Source of the DNA: Burkholderiales bacterium | GTDB taxonomy: Bacteria > Pseudomonadota > Gammaproteobacteria > Burkholderiales > Gallionellaceae | Direction: 5' to 3' | DNA: 54,417 bases | Assembly: GCA_038208855.1 (NCBI GenBank) | Contig: JBBQYH010000001.1 | Span: 1 to 54,417 of the forward strand | Part shown: positions 8,561 to 19,520 of the stretch, one piece after another | Position numbering within the stretch: position 1 is the first letter of the stretch | Layout: every line of letters starts with the position of its first letter | The notes under the pieces: model-generated | Database searches by the model: none | Told to the model about the DNA's origin: nothing | What the model saw: only the letters and a program-made list of their open reading frames with translations | Position numbers and translations under genes: made by a program

Positions 8561-9832
8561 ATGAAATACTTAACCTTAAGCTTGTACTGCCTTGGTTTGT
8601 TTTTTTTAAGCACACCACTGATATTTGCCGATGATAAGTTGCCGTTACCCAGTAACGAGCTTAGCGTTATGTCGCATGACGGTAATGAGCTGCCCATCTA
8701 TCGCTATCCTGCCAAAGGCAAAGATCTGCTGTTATGGATAGGCGGCAGTGGCTGGAATGACCGTACTACGCAGCTAGCGCAGGACTTCGCCCGTAAGGGC
8801 ATTGAAGTCTGGCAAATAGATTTTGCCGAAGCGCTGTTGCAAACTTCCAGCAGTAATTTCCTGCGCAATCTCGATGCCAACTATGTGGCTGATGTAATCG
8901 ATGCCGCACATAAGCGTACAGGTAAACGAGTAGTTTTGTTTACTCAGGCCTATGGTGCGATTCCGCTGCTGCGCGGCGCTACGCTGTGGCAACAGCGCGA
9001 CAAACACCAGGGCAGGTTGCTGGGTGCCATCATGTTTTCGCCAGATTTGCTGAAGGGCTTGCCTGCTTTGGGCAAGGATCCCGAATATCTGCCCATCGCG
9101 CGCGCAACCGACATACCCATGATTATTTTTCAGGGCGGTTTACGCGGTTCCACCGCGCATTTTTTAGGCTTGCTCAACGAGCTTTCCAGTCACAATCCGC
9201 ATATTTATTTCAAGTTGATGCCGGATATTGCAGGCGTTTTTTATCACGAAGAGCCTAACGCAGCGACCTATGCGATGCTGAAAGCACTTCCCGATAAAAT
9301 GCACGACATGATCAATTTACTGGCTGCCACACCATACCCCTACACCAGCAAATATGTACAATCCGGCCAGCAATCAACGGCAATTCTGGACAGCAGTCTG
9401 AAAGCGTTCAAGGGCAATCCCATACCGCCTGCGATTGATTTGCTGGACAGCAAGGGGCATGCCTACAGAATTCAGGATTACCGCGGCAAAGTCACCGTGG
9501 TAAATTTCTGGGCTACCTGGTGCCCGCCCTGTGTGGCCGAAATTCCTTCGCTCAACCGCTTGCGCGAACAGATGAAGGGACATGATTTTGAATTGGTTTC
9601 CATTAATTATGCCGATACATCCAAAGTGGTGGATGAATTTATGCAAAGGGTAGAGGTGGCTTTTCCCGTGTTACTGGATCTGCATGGCAAGGTGGCGCAG
9701 CAATGGAATGTGATCGGCTTTCCGTCGACCTTTGTCATCGGCAAGGACGGAAAAATACTCTACGGTGTTAATGCCGCGATACACTGGGATGATGCTGATG
9801 TGATCAAGACGCTGAAAGAACTTAGCCGCTAA
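8561..9832 (+). CDS. Periplasmic fusion protein: N-terminal alpha/beta-fold-like domain + C-terminal TlpA/ResA-type thiol:disulfide oxidoreductase
   Basis: Signal peptide MKYLTLSLYCLGLFFLSTPLIFA. The C-terminal ~140 aa carry VVNFWATWCPPCVAEIPSLNRL and GFPSTFVIGKDG, marking a thioredoxin fold. The ORF-track start at 8552 is TTG, so ATG 8561 is used. Confidence 0.8.
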   Translation: MKYLTLSLYCLGLFFLSTPLIFADDKLPLPSNELSVMSHDGNELPIYRYPAKGKDLLLWIGGSGWNDRTTQLAQDFARKGIEVWQIDFAEALLQTSSSNFLRNLDANYVADVIDAAHKRTGKRVVLFTQAYGAIPLLRGATLWQQRDKHQGRLLGAIMFSPDLLKGLPALGKDPEYLPIARATDIPMIIFQGGLRGSTAHFLGLLNELSSHNPHIYFKLMPDIAGVFYHEEPNAATYAMLKALPDKMHDMINLLAATPYPYTSKYVQSGQQSTAILDSSLKAFKGNPIPPAIDLLDSKGHAYRIQDYRGKVTVVNFWATWCPPCVAEIPSLNRLREQMKGHDFELVSINYADTSKVVDEFMQRVEVAFPVLLDLHGKVAQQWNVIGFPSTFVIGKDGKILYGVNAAIHWDDADVIKTLKELSR

Positions 9833-10061
9833 GCTATATTTATCTGCGCGGAGTTTTTATAGCGGAACACAATTCTAATGCCTTTATCAATTGCTGTTTT
9901 ATTTGTTCGTTATGAGCCGTACCTTGTTGATACTGCAACACTTTGCTTTTATGTCAGCTTAAAATTTAAATATCAAGACATGGAGTGATCCGAGTATGAT
10001 TAGACGTTCCCATCTTCCTGCTTGCTCTATTTTGCGTACAAACTCAATTCAATTTACATCC

Positions 10062-11105
10062 ATGTCAAATATGAATATTCTGATTTCTTTTCTTACACTT
10101 GCCTCTGCACTCTTTGCAGCACCGCTCCTGGCGGCCGATGGCGCGGCGTTGTATGCACAAAACTGCATCGCATGCCATGGTGACCACGGTGGCGGCATAG
10201 GTGTACCGCTTGCTTCCGCGCAAAATCTGACGCCCGATGACTATATACGCAAAACGATACGCAACGGCCGTCCCGGACGTGTCATGCCGGCGTTTGCATC
10301 ACTGAGCGATGACGAGGTTAACGCTATTGTCAAACATGTGCAGTCGCTGCATGGCGGCACACCACCGCAGTATGCGCATACAATTATTCAAGGCAACCTC
10401 AAGCACGGTAAAGCGCTATTTTCCCGGCATTGTGCTGCTTGCCACGGTGTCAACGGAGAAGGCGGCGAGGGCACCGGTGTGACTCTTTCACGACCGCGCA
10501 ATCTGCCTATCATGGCGCCGGCCCTGCACAACCCCGGATTTCTCGCTTCGGCGAACGACCAGTTTATAAAAACCTTGCTTATGCGCGGTATAGAAGGTAC
10601 GCCTATGGTGTCCTTCCTGAATGCAGGGCTGCAGGGAAAAGATATAAATGACATTGTTGCTTATATACGCCATTTCGAAAAGGAGCCTGTTTCCACCAGC
10701 GCTATAATTGCCGGCGAGGTCAGTCCGACTATTGTTGTTGACTCCCCCTATGACTTGCAGACTACAGTGGCTAATGTCAAGCAAGCCGTGGGCTTGAACA
10801 ATTTTTCATTTATACGCGAGCAAACATTGGATGATGGACTGGTTGCAAGTGGCAAGAATGATGTGCATCAGCACATCATTTATTTTTGCAATTTCAGTCT
10901 GCTCAGTGAAGCTTTGCGCACCGATCCGCGAGTCGGCTTGTTTCTGCCCTGCCGCATAACCGTGGTGGAGCAGAACGGCAAAGTTCGCATGATGGCAGTA
11001 AACCCAAAACGCCTGAGCAGGCTGTTTAACAATTCAGCTCTTAACTCTATATGCGACGAGATGACTAAAATGTATCGCACTATCATGGATGACGCCACAC
11101 TATGA
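10062..11105 (+). CDS. Diheme cytochrome c (c4-like) fused to a C-terminal DUF302 domain
   Basis: Signal peptide ...LFAAPLLAADG. Two heme motifs, CIACH and CAACH, each followed by a Met-ligand region (RVMPAF, GTPMVSF). The C-terminus (SPYDLQTTVANVKQAV...IIYFCNF...GLFLPCRITVVEQNGKVRMMAVNP) is DUF302-like. An alternative start at ATG 9996 has a GGAG upstream. Confidence 0.8.
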   Translation: MSNMNILISFLTLASALFAAPLLAADGAALYAQNCIACHGDHGGGIGVPLASAQNLTPDDYIRKTIRNGRPGRVMPAFASLSDDEVNAIVKHVQSLHGGTPPQYAHTIIQGNLKHGKALFSRHCAACHGVNGEGGEGTGVTLSRPRNLPIMAPALHNPGFLASANDQFIKTLLMRGIEGTPMVSFLNAGLQGKDINDIVAYIRHFEKEPVSTSAIIAGEVSPTIVVDSPYDLQTTVANVKQAVGLNNFSFIREQTLDDGLVASGKNDVHQHIIYFCNFSLLSEALRTDPRVGLFLPCRITVVEQNGKVRMMAVNPKRLSRLFNNSALNSICDEMTKMYRTIMDDATL

Positions 11106-11560
11106 AAATATTTTTCCACCTCATTTTGACATTTATTATCGTCAACGGGCTATCAACAAGTGCGTACGCCGACGAGATGAGCACGGTTCGATCTGATCGA
11201 GATTTTGCTGAAACGATGAATACCCTGCAGAACGCAATAACTCAACGCGGCTACACGGTATCAAAAGTTCAACGAGTGGACGTGGGCCTTGAAGCCAAAG
11301 GGTATAAGACTGACAAGTACCGAGTGGTTTTCTATGGCAAGGCTAATGAAATTGCGACACTGGTTAAAAACTATCCGCAGTTAATTCCTTTTTTACCTTT
11401 AAGTGTGGCAATTTTTGCCGAGGGTAATCAGACTATCCTGACAACAATACGGCCGCGTTCATTCGAGACCCTTTTCCCTGATGCCGCATTGCAAACAACC
11501 TTTGATCTTTGGGATAGAGATTTAATCAACATATTGGACGAAGTCAGAAGCTCACACTGA
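11102..11560 (+). CDS. Secreted stand-alone DUF302 domain protein
   Basis: Signal peptide ...LSTSAYADE. DUF302-like core FAETMNTLQNAITQRGYTV...YRVVFYGKA...LPLSVAIFAEGNQTILTTIRP. Its ATG overlaps the upstream stop codon (ATGA). Confidence 0.75.
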   Translation: MKIFFHLILTFIIVNGLSTSAYADEMSTVRSDRDFAETMNTLQNAITQRGYTVSKVQRVDVGLEAKGYKTDKYRVVFYGKANEIATLVKNYPQLIPFLPLSVAIFAEGNQTILTTIRPRSFETLFPDAALQTTFDLWDRDLINILDEVRSSH

Positions 11561-11910
11561 TTCCTTGGGTGTAATAGTGCTATCCATAATGTGCATACAA
11601 TATGCCAAGCTTTTAGAAAATATTAATCAAATCATATAAATATAACTATATTGCTGCGTCATGGAGATGATTTAAAAATGGACGGCGAAAATTGCTTTTA
11701 TCTGCATAGCAGCTGGAAGGATGGCGGCAAGGTTTTAAAATACTTTCTGCATTATTTCTTGAGGATGGGCACCCAGAACAAAGTTAATAAAATAATATTT
11801 GATCCAACCGTTGTTACTTTTACTTTAGCCAAGGTATAAATCCTGTTTGAATCAAGCTCGGGTTTATTTCCCGAATTAATTCCGCGCGGCGCCTGTCATC
11901 TGCCATTATT

Positions 11911-12411
11911 TCAGGTTTCTTCGTAACCAACTTCCACATAAAAATTCCCTTCCGGCATGGAAAATGGCACGATGATTATGGGTGATTTTATTCTGTGGGC
12001 TATTAGGTAATCTGTTCCTAAAATAATGGTTGGCAGTGACATCTGGAAAATGTAACCCTTTTCTTCCAGGTCAGATTTAGCACCGCCTAATACCATATTT
12101 GCAATTTCGCCTGCCAAATCTACTACGACTCCATCAATCTTGTTGATTTCCATCGGCATCATCTTTGTTGCAATATGCAAAATTGCCGCTTCTGTAAAGG
12201 TGAGTGCTATTGATGCTGCTGCTCGCTTGCTTAAATTTGCAATGACTTCTTTTTTTCCTACCATGGTCATCAGACCGGTGATATTTTTACCTTTTACAAA
12301 TTCTTCCGGTTTTTTTCTGCTTGGAACACCAGTGTTTGGCTCTATATGAGCCATTGTTGTCAATACATTCAGTACAGACACTATCACAGGATTTATAAAC
12401 TGCGCTTCCAT
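11911..12411 (-). CDS. CheX-like (CheC/CheX/FliY family) putative CheY-P phosphatase
   Basis: 166 aa. N-terminus FINPVIVSVLNVLTTMA and the motif D-LAG-E-IA-N-(21 residues)-P (VVDLAGEIANMVLGGAKSDLEEKGYIFQMSLP) match the family signature D/S-x3-E-x2-N-x22-P to within one residue. Confidence 0.65.
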   Translation of the reverse strand: MEAQFINPVIVSVLNVLTTMAHIEPNTGVPSRKKPEEFVKGKNITGLMTMVGKKEVIANLSKRAAASIALTFTEAAILHIATKMMPMEINKIDGVVVDLAGEIANMVLGGAKSDLEEKGYIFQMSLPTIILGTDYLIAHRIKSPIIIVPFSMPEGNFYVEVGYEET

Positions 12412-12442
12412 ATTCGTGTTTTAAATTTACAGCGTTTGGAAT

Positions 12443-13228
12443 TTAATCTTGTTCTTTGCGTTCTTCAAAGAAGCCGCTTTTGACCAGTTCGGTTGTCAAA
12501 GCCAGATAATCCGCTGCTGCTTGCCCATTTGGAGCATAAGCGAATACATCCAGACCGTGCATGGGGCTCGTGGCCAGTGCAACGTTTTCACCTATGCGTG
12601 TGTTGCAAACCAGATCGCCATATCTGTCCTTGACCTTGTCAAATATTTCATACGCCAGTTTTCGTCTGGAATCAAAACGTGTGACGACTATGCGGCGAGC
12701 AAATTTGCGTTGCAGTTTTTTTTCCAGCACATTCAAGGCGGAGTCCAGCCTGTGCACGCCCTGCAATGAGAGATAATCCGCCGATACCGGAATCAGGACC
12801 CGGTCGGCCGCGAGCAGGGCATTCAGAGTTAACACACCCATCATTGGACAACAATCTATCAATATGGGTGCACCGGTAAGTGTCAGCTCTTCCTGCAATC
12901 CCTGTTTTAACAGAGTTGCTGCTTTGGGATCCGAGCCGTAGGTTGCATCTATTTTTGCCAGCTCCAGGGACGACGCCACGATTTGCCATCCGGCCGGTGT
13001 GTCACGCAATAAATTGGCCAGCGGCACTTTTTTCTCGAAAAATGACGCCATATTCAGTTCTGAATTTTCGCCCTTTTTAAGACCGCTTGCGATGGTCAAA
13101 TGGCCCTGCGGGTCCATGTCAAGTGCAATCGGGTGGCGCTTGGCCTTGGCGAGAACGGCCGCAACATTCAGACATGTTGTCGTTTTGCCTACTCCGCCTT
13201 TTTGATTGAATATTGCTATAACCGCCAT
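12443..13228 (-). CDS. Orphan ParA/Soj-like P-loop ATPase (second ParA paralog in the window)
   Basis: Deviant Walker A AIFNQKGGVGKTTT, LDMDPQG, and ILIDCCP (Walker B). ATG 13228 has GAGGG 7 nt upstream and is preferred over 13234 or 13270. Confidence 0.85.
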   Translation of the reverse strand: MAVIAIFNQKGGVGKTTTCLNVAAVLAKAKRHPIALDMDPQGHLTIASGLKKGENSELNMASFFEKKVPLANLLRDTPAGWQIVASSLELAKIDATYGSDPKAATLLKQGLQEELTLTGAPILIDCCPMMGVLTLNALLAADRVLIPVSADYLSLQGVHRLDSALNVLEKKLQRKFARRIVVTRFDSRRKLAYEIFDKVKDRYGDLVCNTRIGENVALATSPMHGLDVFAYAPNGQAAADYLALTTELVKSGFFEERKEQD

Positions 13229-13374
13229 CTGCATGCCCTCTATTCTTGTTCTTGTGCACGCTGGCAGCAAGACAACGATTTCCCCATAACTACATTACGG
13301 GAAATTTTCAATAAACTTTAATCAAAAGTTTTATCGTCAATTCCAGTTGTATGTTTCCGCGAGGTTTTTTTGTA

Positions 13375-15201
13375 TTATTCTACGGTGACTGATTTTGCAA
13401 GGTTGCGTGGTTTGTCCACATCGGTACCCTTTTCCAGTGCCACGTAATATGCCAGCAGTTGTAAAGGTATGGTGTGCAGAATAGGGCTTAGAAAGCCCGC
13501 GTGTTCGGGCATTTGCATGACGTGTACGCCCTCTGAAGATTGTATGCGCGTATTTGCATCTGCAAACACAAACAATTCCCCGCCGCGTGCGCGCACTTCC
13601 TGCAAATTGGATTTTAGCTTTTCCAGCAAGGTATCATTGGGTGCAACGGCGATGACCGGCATATCCTTGTCCACCAAAGCCAGCGGGCCGTGTTTCAGCT
13701 CTCCTGCCGGGTAAGCTTCAGCATGTATGTAGGATATTTCTTTTAATTTAAGCGCACCTTCCAGGGCAATGGGATAGTGCAAACCGCGTCCCAGAAACAG
13801 GGCATGTTGCTTGTTAACAAATTGTTCGGCCAGTTTCTTGATTTCGGGTTCCAGTTGCAATACTGCCAACACGGCTTTGGGCAGATGGCGCAGATCGTGC
13901 AAGTGTTTTTGTTCCTGCTGCGGCGTCAGCTTTCCGCGCATTTTGCCCAACACAAGTGTAAGCAGGAACAAACCGGCCAGTTGCGTGGTAAAGGCCTTGG
14001 TTGAGGCAACGCCAATTTCAGGACCCGCACGGGTCAGGAAACGCAGTTTGGACTGGCGTATGATCGCGCTCTCGGCCACGTTGCAGATTGCCAGGGTATG
14101 CGGATGGCCTATGGCCTTGGCATGGTTAAGTGCGGCGAGTGTATCTGCCGTTTCTCCCGATTGAGAAATTGTAACAACCAATGTTTTGGCATTGGCAACA
14201 CTGGTTCGGTAGCGGTACTCGCTGGCTATTTCCACAGTGCACGGAATTCCTGCGATTTCTTCCAGCCAGTTACGCGCCACCAGGCCCGAGTTGTGGCTGG
14301 TACCGCAGGCCAGTATCAGAATGCTGTCTATGTCGCTAAAGGTGGCCTGTGCCTCGGCACCGAATATACCTGGCACCAATGAGTGGCTATTGCATACCGA
14401 TTCCAGTGTATCGGCCAGTGCCTGCGGTTGTTCAAAGATTTCCTTCAGCATGTAATGCCGGTACTCACCCAGTTCTACGCTGTCATTGCTAAGTTCGCTA
14501 ATATGCACCGCACGTTCAACCTGTTTGCCTTGTGCATCGAAAACACGATAGCTATCCAGGCCTATCTCTGCCACGTCGCCTTCTTCAAAATACACCACGT
14601 TTTTGGTTACCGCGAGCAGAGCCGACATATCTGATGCGATAAAATTTTCCAGCTTGCCCACGCCCAGCAGCAGCGGGCTGCCCTTGCGTGCGCACACTAA
14701 CTGCTGCGGTTTATCAATTGCGATTACACCTATTGCATAAGCACCTATCAATTCCGCTAACGATGCTTGGGTAGCCGCCAACAAGGTGGCGCCTTTTTTA
14801 TAATGACTGTGTATGAGGTGAGCGATGACTTCTGTATCGGTGTCCGAAGTGAAAACATAACCCTGCGCCGTCAATGCAGTGCGCAGCACTTCATAATTTT
14901 CGATTATGCCATTGTGTACCACCGCGATGCTCTCGCTGCTCATGTGCGGATGGGCATTGCGTTCGCTGGGAACACCATGGGTAGCCCAACGTGTGTGTGC
15001 TATGCCCAGATGACCCTTGATATCTGCGCTCCTAAGTGTCAGATCAGCAACACGACCGGTACTGCGAGCGCGTTTTAACTGCTTGTCATCGACTACAACC
15101 AGGCCGGCGGAATCGTAGCCACGATATTCTAGGCGTTGCAAACCTTGTAATAGGATGGGTACAACATTACGTTGCGCTACAGCGCCAACAATACCGCACA
15201 T
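13375..15201 (-). CDS. glmS: Glutamine--fructose-6-phosphate aminotransferase
   Basis: MCGIVGAV N-terminal nucleophile, two SIS domains, and a C-terminal ...[11 protein letters not shown]. 608 aa. Confidence 0.97.
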   Translation of the reverse strand: MCGIVGAVAQRNVVPILLQGLQRLEYRGYDSAGLVVVDDKQLKRARSTGRVADLTLRSADIKGHLGIAHTRWATHGVPSERNAHPHMSSESIAVVHNGIIENYEVLRTALTAQGYVFTSDTDTEVIAHLIHSHYKKGATLLAATQASLAELIGAYAIGVIAIDKPQQLVCARKGSPLLLGVGKLENFIASDMSALLAVTKNVVYFEEGDVAEIGLDSYRVFDAQGKQVERAVHISELSNDSVELGEYRHYMLKEIFEQPQALADTLESVCNSHSLVPGIFGAEAQATFSDIDSILILACGTSHNSGLVARNWLEEIAGIPCTVEIASEYRYRTSVANAKTLVVTISQSGETADTLAALNHAKAIGHPHTLAICNVAESAIIRQSKLRFLTRAGPEIGVASTKAFTTQLAGLFLLTLVLGKMRGKLTPQQEQKHLHDLRHLPKAVLAVLQLEPEIKKLAEQFVNKQHALFLGRGLHYPIALEGALKLKEISYIHAEAYPAGELKHGPLALVDKDMPVIAVAPNDTLLEKLKSNLQEVRARGGELFVFADANTRIQSSEGVHVMQMPEHAGFLSPILHTIPLQLLAYYVALEKGTDVDKPRNLAKSVTVE

Positions 15202-15266
15202 ATCATATTCCTGTAAAAAACTGCTAGGTCAATATTAATTTAATCTAAATTAATCAATTATATATA

Positions 15267-16625
15267 TTATTTTTGCCGCTTAACTGGTCGTTGCCAGCCA
15301 GTTACGGTAATCTGCTTCGCACGCGACAGCGTCAAGGCATTTTCGGGTGTATCTTTTGTAATGGTTGATCCCGCACCTATTGTGCTACCGCGCTTGATTG
15401 TAACAGGCGCAATCAATTGTGTGTCTGAGCCTATAAATACATCATCTTCGATAATCGTGCGGAATTTATTCGCGCCATCATAATTGCAGGTGATGGTGCC
15501 TGCACCCACATTCACACGGCTGCCCACCGTGCTGTCGCCAATATAACTCAGATGATTAGCTTTGCTACCGTGGGCTATTTCACTATTTTTAACTTCTACA
15601 AAATTGCCGATATGCACATTATTATGCAATTTGCTGCCTGGTCTCAAACGCGCATAGGGCCCTATAGCGCAGTTTTCTCCAACTTCAGTATCGTCTATAT
15701 GCGTATAGGGCGCAATGTGAGTACCCGCTGCAATATTCGAATTCCTGATAATCGTGTAGGCACCCACTTTCACTCTATTGCCAAGATGCACTTCACCTTC
15801 AAAAATACAGCCCACGTCTATTTCCACATCGCGTCCACAATGTAGCTTGCCACGCACATCCAGACGAGCCGGATCGGCAAGACCAACACCTTGCTGGAGT
15901 AAACGAAGTGCCTGCTCACCTTGCCAAATTCTTTCCAATTCAGCTAGTTGTATCTTGCTGTTAACTCCCATCACTTGCCAGACCTGGTCGGGTTGACTAG
16001 TACTTACTGCAATACCCTGTGCAACAGCCATTGCAACAATATCGGTCAGGTAGTACTCACCTTGTACATTGTTATTTTTTAAATCTGACAACCAGTTACG
16101 CAAAAGATGAGTGGGCGCTGACAATATGCCAGTGTTCACTTCGTTTACAGCACGTTGTTTCGCTGAGGCATCTTTTTCTTCTACTATGCTGCTTACCGAA
16201 CCTGATGCACTGCGTATGATTCGTCCATAACCTGTTGGATTTTCCATGTTCAAAGTCAATAAACTCAGGTGGCCCGGGTTTTCCAGCAGCTTCTTCAACG
16301 TTTCTGTTTGTATCAGAGGTACATCACCGTACAGTATCAACGTGGTACTGCCATCATCCAAGTCAGGCATGGCTTGCAGCACAGCGTGGCCCGTTCCCAA
16401 TTGCGGCTCTTGCAGCACAAAGCTAGCCTTATATTGCGCCAAGGCTGCGGGCACTGCTTCCCCGCCATGACCGTACACTACGCAGATTTTTTGCGGTATT
16501 AGCTGTATTGCAGTGTCCAGCACGTGTTGCAACAATGATTTACCTGCCAAAGCATGCAGCACCTTGGGCAGGTCCGAATGCATGCGTGTGCCTTTACCCG
16601 CTGCAAGAATGACGATATTGAGCAT
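15267..16625 (-). CDS. glmU: Bifunctional GlcNAc-1-P uridyltransferase / GlcN-1-P acetyltransferase
   Basis: [15 protein letters not shown]..., LbH hexapeptide repeats in the C-terminal half, 452 aa. Confidence 0.96.
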   Translation of the reverse strand: MLNIVILAAGKGTRMHSDLPKVLHALAGKSLLQHVLDTAIQLIPQKICVVYGHGGEAVPAALAQYKASFVLQEPQLGTGHAVLQAMPDLDDGSTTLILYGDVPLIQTETLKKLLENPGHLSLLTLNMENPTGYGRIIRSASGSVSSIVEEKDASAKQRAVNEVNTGILSAPTHLLRNWLSDLKNNNVQGEYYLTDIVAMAVAQGIAVSTSQPDQVWQVMGVNSKIQLAELERIWQGEQALRLLQQGVGLADPARLDVRGKLHCGRDVEIDVGCIFEGEVHLGNRVKVGAYTIIRNSNIAAGTHIAPYTHIDDTEVGENCAIGPYARLRPGSKLHNNVHIGNFVEVKNSEIAHGSKANHLSYIGDSTVGSRVNVGAGTITCNYDGANKFRTIIEDDVFIGSDTQLIAPVTIKRGSTIGAGSTITKDTPENALTLSRAKQITVTGWQRPVKRQK

Positions 16626-16663
16626 ATGTTAAGCCGGAAATATATTGATAATGTTGAAGTATA

Positions 16664-16690
16664 AACAAAAAAAACGGCCTAAGCCGTTTT
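16664..16690 (-). terminator. Rho-independent terminator of the atp operon
   Basis: The minus strand reads AAAACGGC-TTAG-GCCGTTTT followed by TTTTGTTTAT, 22 nt downstream of the atpC stop. Confidence 0.7.
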
Positions 16691-16712
16691 CCTTGTTTTG
16701 CATCTTGAATAT

Positions 16713-17141
16713 TCAGTGCGGGCTATTTTTGCGCAATTTTTGAATTGCGTGCAATTGCGCTATCGCTTCTGCCAATTCAGCTTGCGCTGCAGCATAATCA
16801 ATTTCAGAAGTACGGTTACGCATGGTTTCTTCCGCTGCGCGCTTGGCTTCTATGGCTCGGGCCTCGTCGAGGTCTGCGCCACGCGTAGCGGTATCTGCAA
16901 GTATGGTGACCAGATTCGGTTGTACTTCCAGCATACCGCCAGACACGTAGATCAATTCCTCTTCGTCCTTGTCTGCCAGCTTGATGCGTACCGATCCCGG
17001 TTTAATGCGCGTAAGCAAAGGAGCATGACGGGGATAAATTCCCAACTCTCCCATTTCACCCGGCACGATGACAACTTCTGCCAGTCCGGAGAACATGGAT
17101 TGCTCTGCACTTACTACGTCTACTTGTACGGTCATTGCCAT
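16713..17141 (-). CDS. atpC: F1 ATP synthase epsilon subunit
   Basis: [17 protein letters not shown]..., 142 aa, last gene of the operon. Confidence 0.95.
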   Translation of the reverse strand: MAMTVQVDVVSAEQSMFSGLAEVVIVPGEMGELGIYPRHAPLLTRIKPGSVRIKLADKDEEELIYVSGGMLEVQPNLVTILADTATRGADLDEARAIEAKRAAEETMRNRTSEIDYAAAQAELAEAIAQLHAIQKLRKNSPH

Positions 17142-17154
17142 ATCAGTATCCTAA

Positions 17155-18636
<1,482 letters not shown>

Positions 18637-19506
18637 TTAACTTACCGCTGCTGCGCCACTGACGATCTCGGAAATTTCCTTGGTGATCGCAGCTTGACGC
18701 GCTTTGTTGTAAACCAGCTTGAGTTCACCAATAACCGTTTTAGCATTATCCGAAGCGGCTTTCATCGCCACCATGCGTGAACTTTGTTCTGATGCCTGAT
18801 TTTCTGTTACCGCCGCATAAACCAGCGATTCCATGTAGCGCATCAGCAACTGATCAACGACAACTTTAGCATCTGGTTCGTAAATGTAGTCCCAAGTTGC
18901 GCCGGTTTTTTCGGTCATTAAATCGCCTGACAGCGGCAACAATTGCTCAAAAACCGGCTCCTGTTTCATCGTATTCACGAAATGGTTATAACTCAGGTAT
19001 ATCGCATCGACCTCGCCTGCTACATACGCATCTAGCATCACCTTGACGGTACCTATCAGATTTTCCATATGCGGTGTATCGCCAAGACCAGTCAAATGTG
19101 ACTGAATGTGCGCACCGATACGCTGCATAAAGCTGAAGCCCTTGTTACCAATTGGTAAAACACGGATTCCCGCACCAGTTGCTTCAAACTCTTTCATTTT
19201 GTTTACCACCAGACGCAGCATGTTGGTGTTCAAACCACCGCACAAACCCTTGTCTGAAGTTACAAGAATGACGCCCACATTTTTAATTTTGTCACGCTTG
19301 ATCAAAAATGGGTGCTTGTATTCCGAGCTGGCGTGGGCCAAGTGCGCAGCCACCTGACGGATTTTATCCGCATAGGGGCGCGCAGCACGCATACGTTCTT
19401 GTGCCCTGCGCATTTTTGCCGCTGCCACCATTTCCATTGCACGCGTAATCTTGCGTGTATTTTCTACACTCTTGATTTTCGTGCGTATCTCTTTGCTACC
19501 GGCCAT
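18637..19506 (-). CDS. atpG: F1 ATP synthase gamma subunit
   Basis: [31 protein letters not shown]..., 289 aa. Confidence 0.96.
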   Translation of the reverse strand: MAGSKEIRTKIKSVENTRKITRAMEMVAAAKMRRAQERMRAARPYADKIRQVAAHLAHASSEYKHPFLIKRDKIKNVGVILVTSDKGLCGGLNTNMLRLVVNKMKEFEATGAGIRVLPIGNKGFSFMQRIGAHIQSHLTGLGDTPHMENLIGTVKVMLDAYVAGEVDAIYLSYNHFVNTMKQEPVFEQLLPLSGDLMTEKTGATWDYIYEPDAKVVVDQLLMRYMESLVYAAVTENQASEQSSRMVAMKAASDNAKTVIGELKLVYNKARQAAITKEISEIVSGAAAVS

Positions 19507-19520
19507 GATCTACGCTCCGC

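Noticed and set aside
11651-11839. 62-aa ORF (or a 50-aa version from ATG 11687) in the 350-bp gap between DUF302 and the CheX-like gene.
   Set aside because: It has no convincing ribosome-binding spacing and no recognisable motif, and it lies in AT-rich sequence where such ORFs arise by chance. I keep it only as a possibility.
11561-13374. Possibility of a Tn7-like or CRISPR-associated transposon at the attTn7 position downstream of glmS.
   Set aside because: I see no tnsA/B/C/D-like genes, no cas genes, no repeat array, and no recognisable Tn7-type end repeats in 13229-13374 or 11561-11910. Only the hotspot location is suggestive.
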